From NCBI GenBank assembly GCA_041288045.1, contig JBGGMM010000176.1, positions 1 through 28,722 of the forward strand: DNA of 28,722 nt, written 5' to 3'. Shown here in pieces: positions 28,314 through 28,722 of the stretch. Each line of letters opens with the position of its first letter. Within the stretch, counting starts at the first letter, position 1. Source of the stretch: Pseudobdellovibrionaceae bacterium (GTDB lineage: Bacteria > Bdellovibrionota > Bdellovibrionia > Bdellovibrionales > Bdellovibrionaceae). The notes below the pieces were generated by a model. That model was not told the DNA's origin and did no database searches. It saw only the letters and a program-made list of their open reading frames with translations. The position numbers and the translations under genes were made by a program.

Positions 28314-28722
28314 ATGAACGAAACAAGTCTCCCTCAGGATTCTACGAAGTCACTTTTCGTGAGCTTGCTCAAGCAAGAGTATCAATTTCGGCAGACGAAG
28401 AACCCTAGATATTCGATGCGCTCATTTGCAAAATGTCTCGAAGTGGACCAGTCTCTGCTAACTAAAATCCTCAATGGCAAAAGAAATCCCTCCAAACCTT
28501 TTATTCAAAAAGTTAACGAACGCTTGGGCGTCGATCTGATTGAAGCCGAACAGGAAAATGAAGTTCCCGATTCGAATTATCAGGCTGTTGAAGACACCTT
28601 TCATTTGATGAGCGAATGGTACCATTTTGCTCTGCTTGAACTGGCTCGCACCAAAGAATTTGTTGCGGAAGAAGATTGGATTTGCAAGCGCTTAAGAATC
28701 AACCCTGGGCAGCTCAAGCTGG
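28314..28722 (+). CDS. TIGR02147/DUF4423-type HTH protein, runs off the right edge (not in ORF track)
   Basis: Translates to MNETSLPQ...LKQEYQFRQTKNPRYSMRSFAKCLEVDQSLLTKILNGKRNPS...MSEWYHFALLEL...WICKRLRI: Xre-like HTH plus the WYH..LEL motif. Confidence 0.85.
   Translation, partial: MNETSLPQDSTKSLFVSLLKQEYQFRQTKNPRYSMRSFAKCLEVDQSLLTKILNGKRNPSKPFIQKVNERLGVDLIEAEQENEVPDSNYQAVEDTFHLMSEWYHFALLELARTKEFVAEEDWICKRLRINPGQLKL

Overview
Gene-dense, mostly housekeeping and secreted-protein chromosomal segment, probably from a Bdellovibrionota bacterium. That placement is inferred from a TIGR02147/DUF4423-type HTH gene and a secreted protein with an N-terminal GNGG motif. Recognisable genes: MBL-fold hydrolase, HPF/RaiA-like protein, GT4-polysaccharide deacetylase fusion, feoA-feoB-crcB, two back-to-back PTPS/QueD paralogues, a J-domain protein, an alpha/beta hydrolase, psd plus a MOSC gene, an FAD oxidoreductase, oligopeptidase B, a coupled hbd-crt-icmF operon, a porin-like protein, an SH3b protein, a RelE-like orphan and an HTH regulator. 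No rRNA, tRNA, CRISPR array or transposase was seen. The best unexplained signals are (1) a modular, hairpin-rich intergenic repeat present twice (about 4104-4462 and 17505-17815), each copy between convergent genes; (2) the divergent PTPS pair, 17 bp apart, with complementary active-site substitutions; (3) several apparently leaderless promoters; and (4) an orphan RelE-like gene facing an HTH gene across a palindromic operator-like site. All product calls come from motif recognition by eye, not from database searches.
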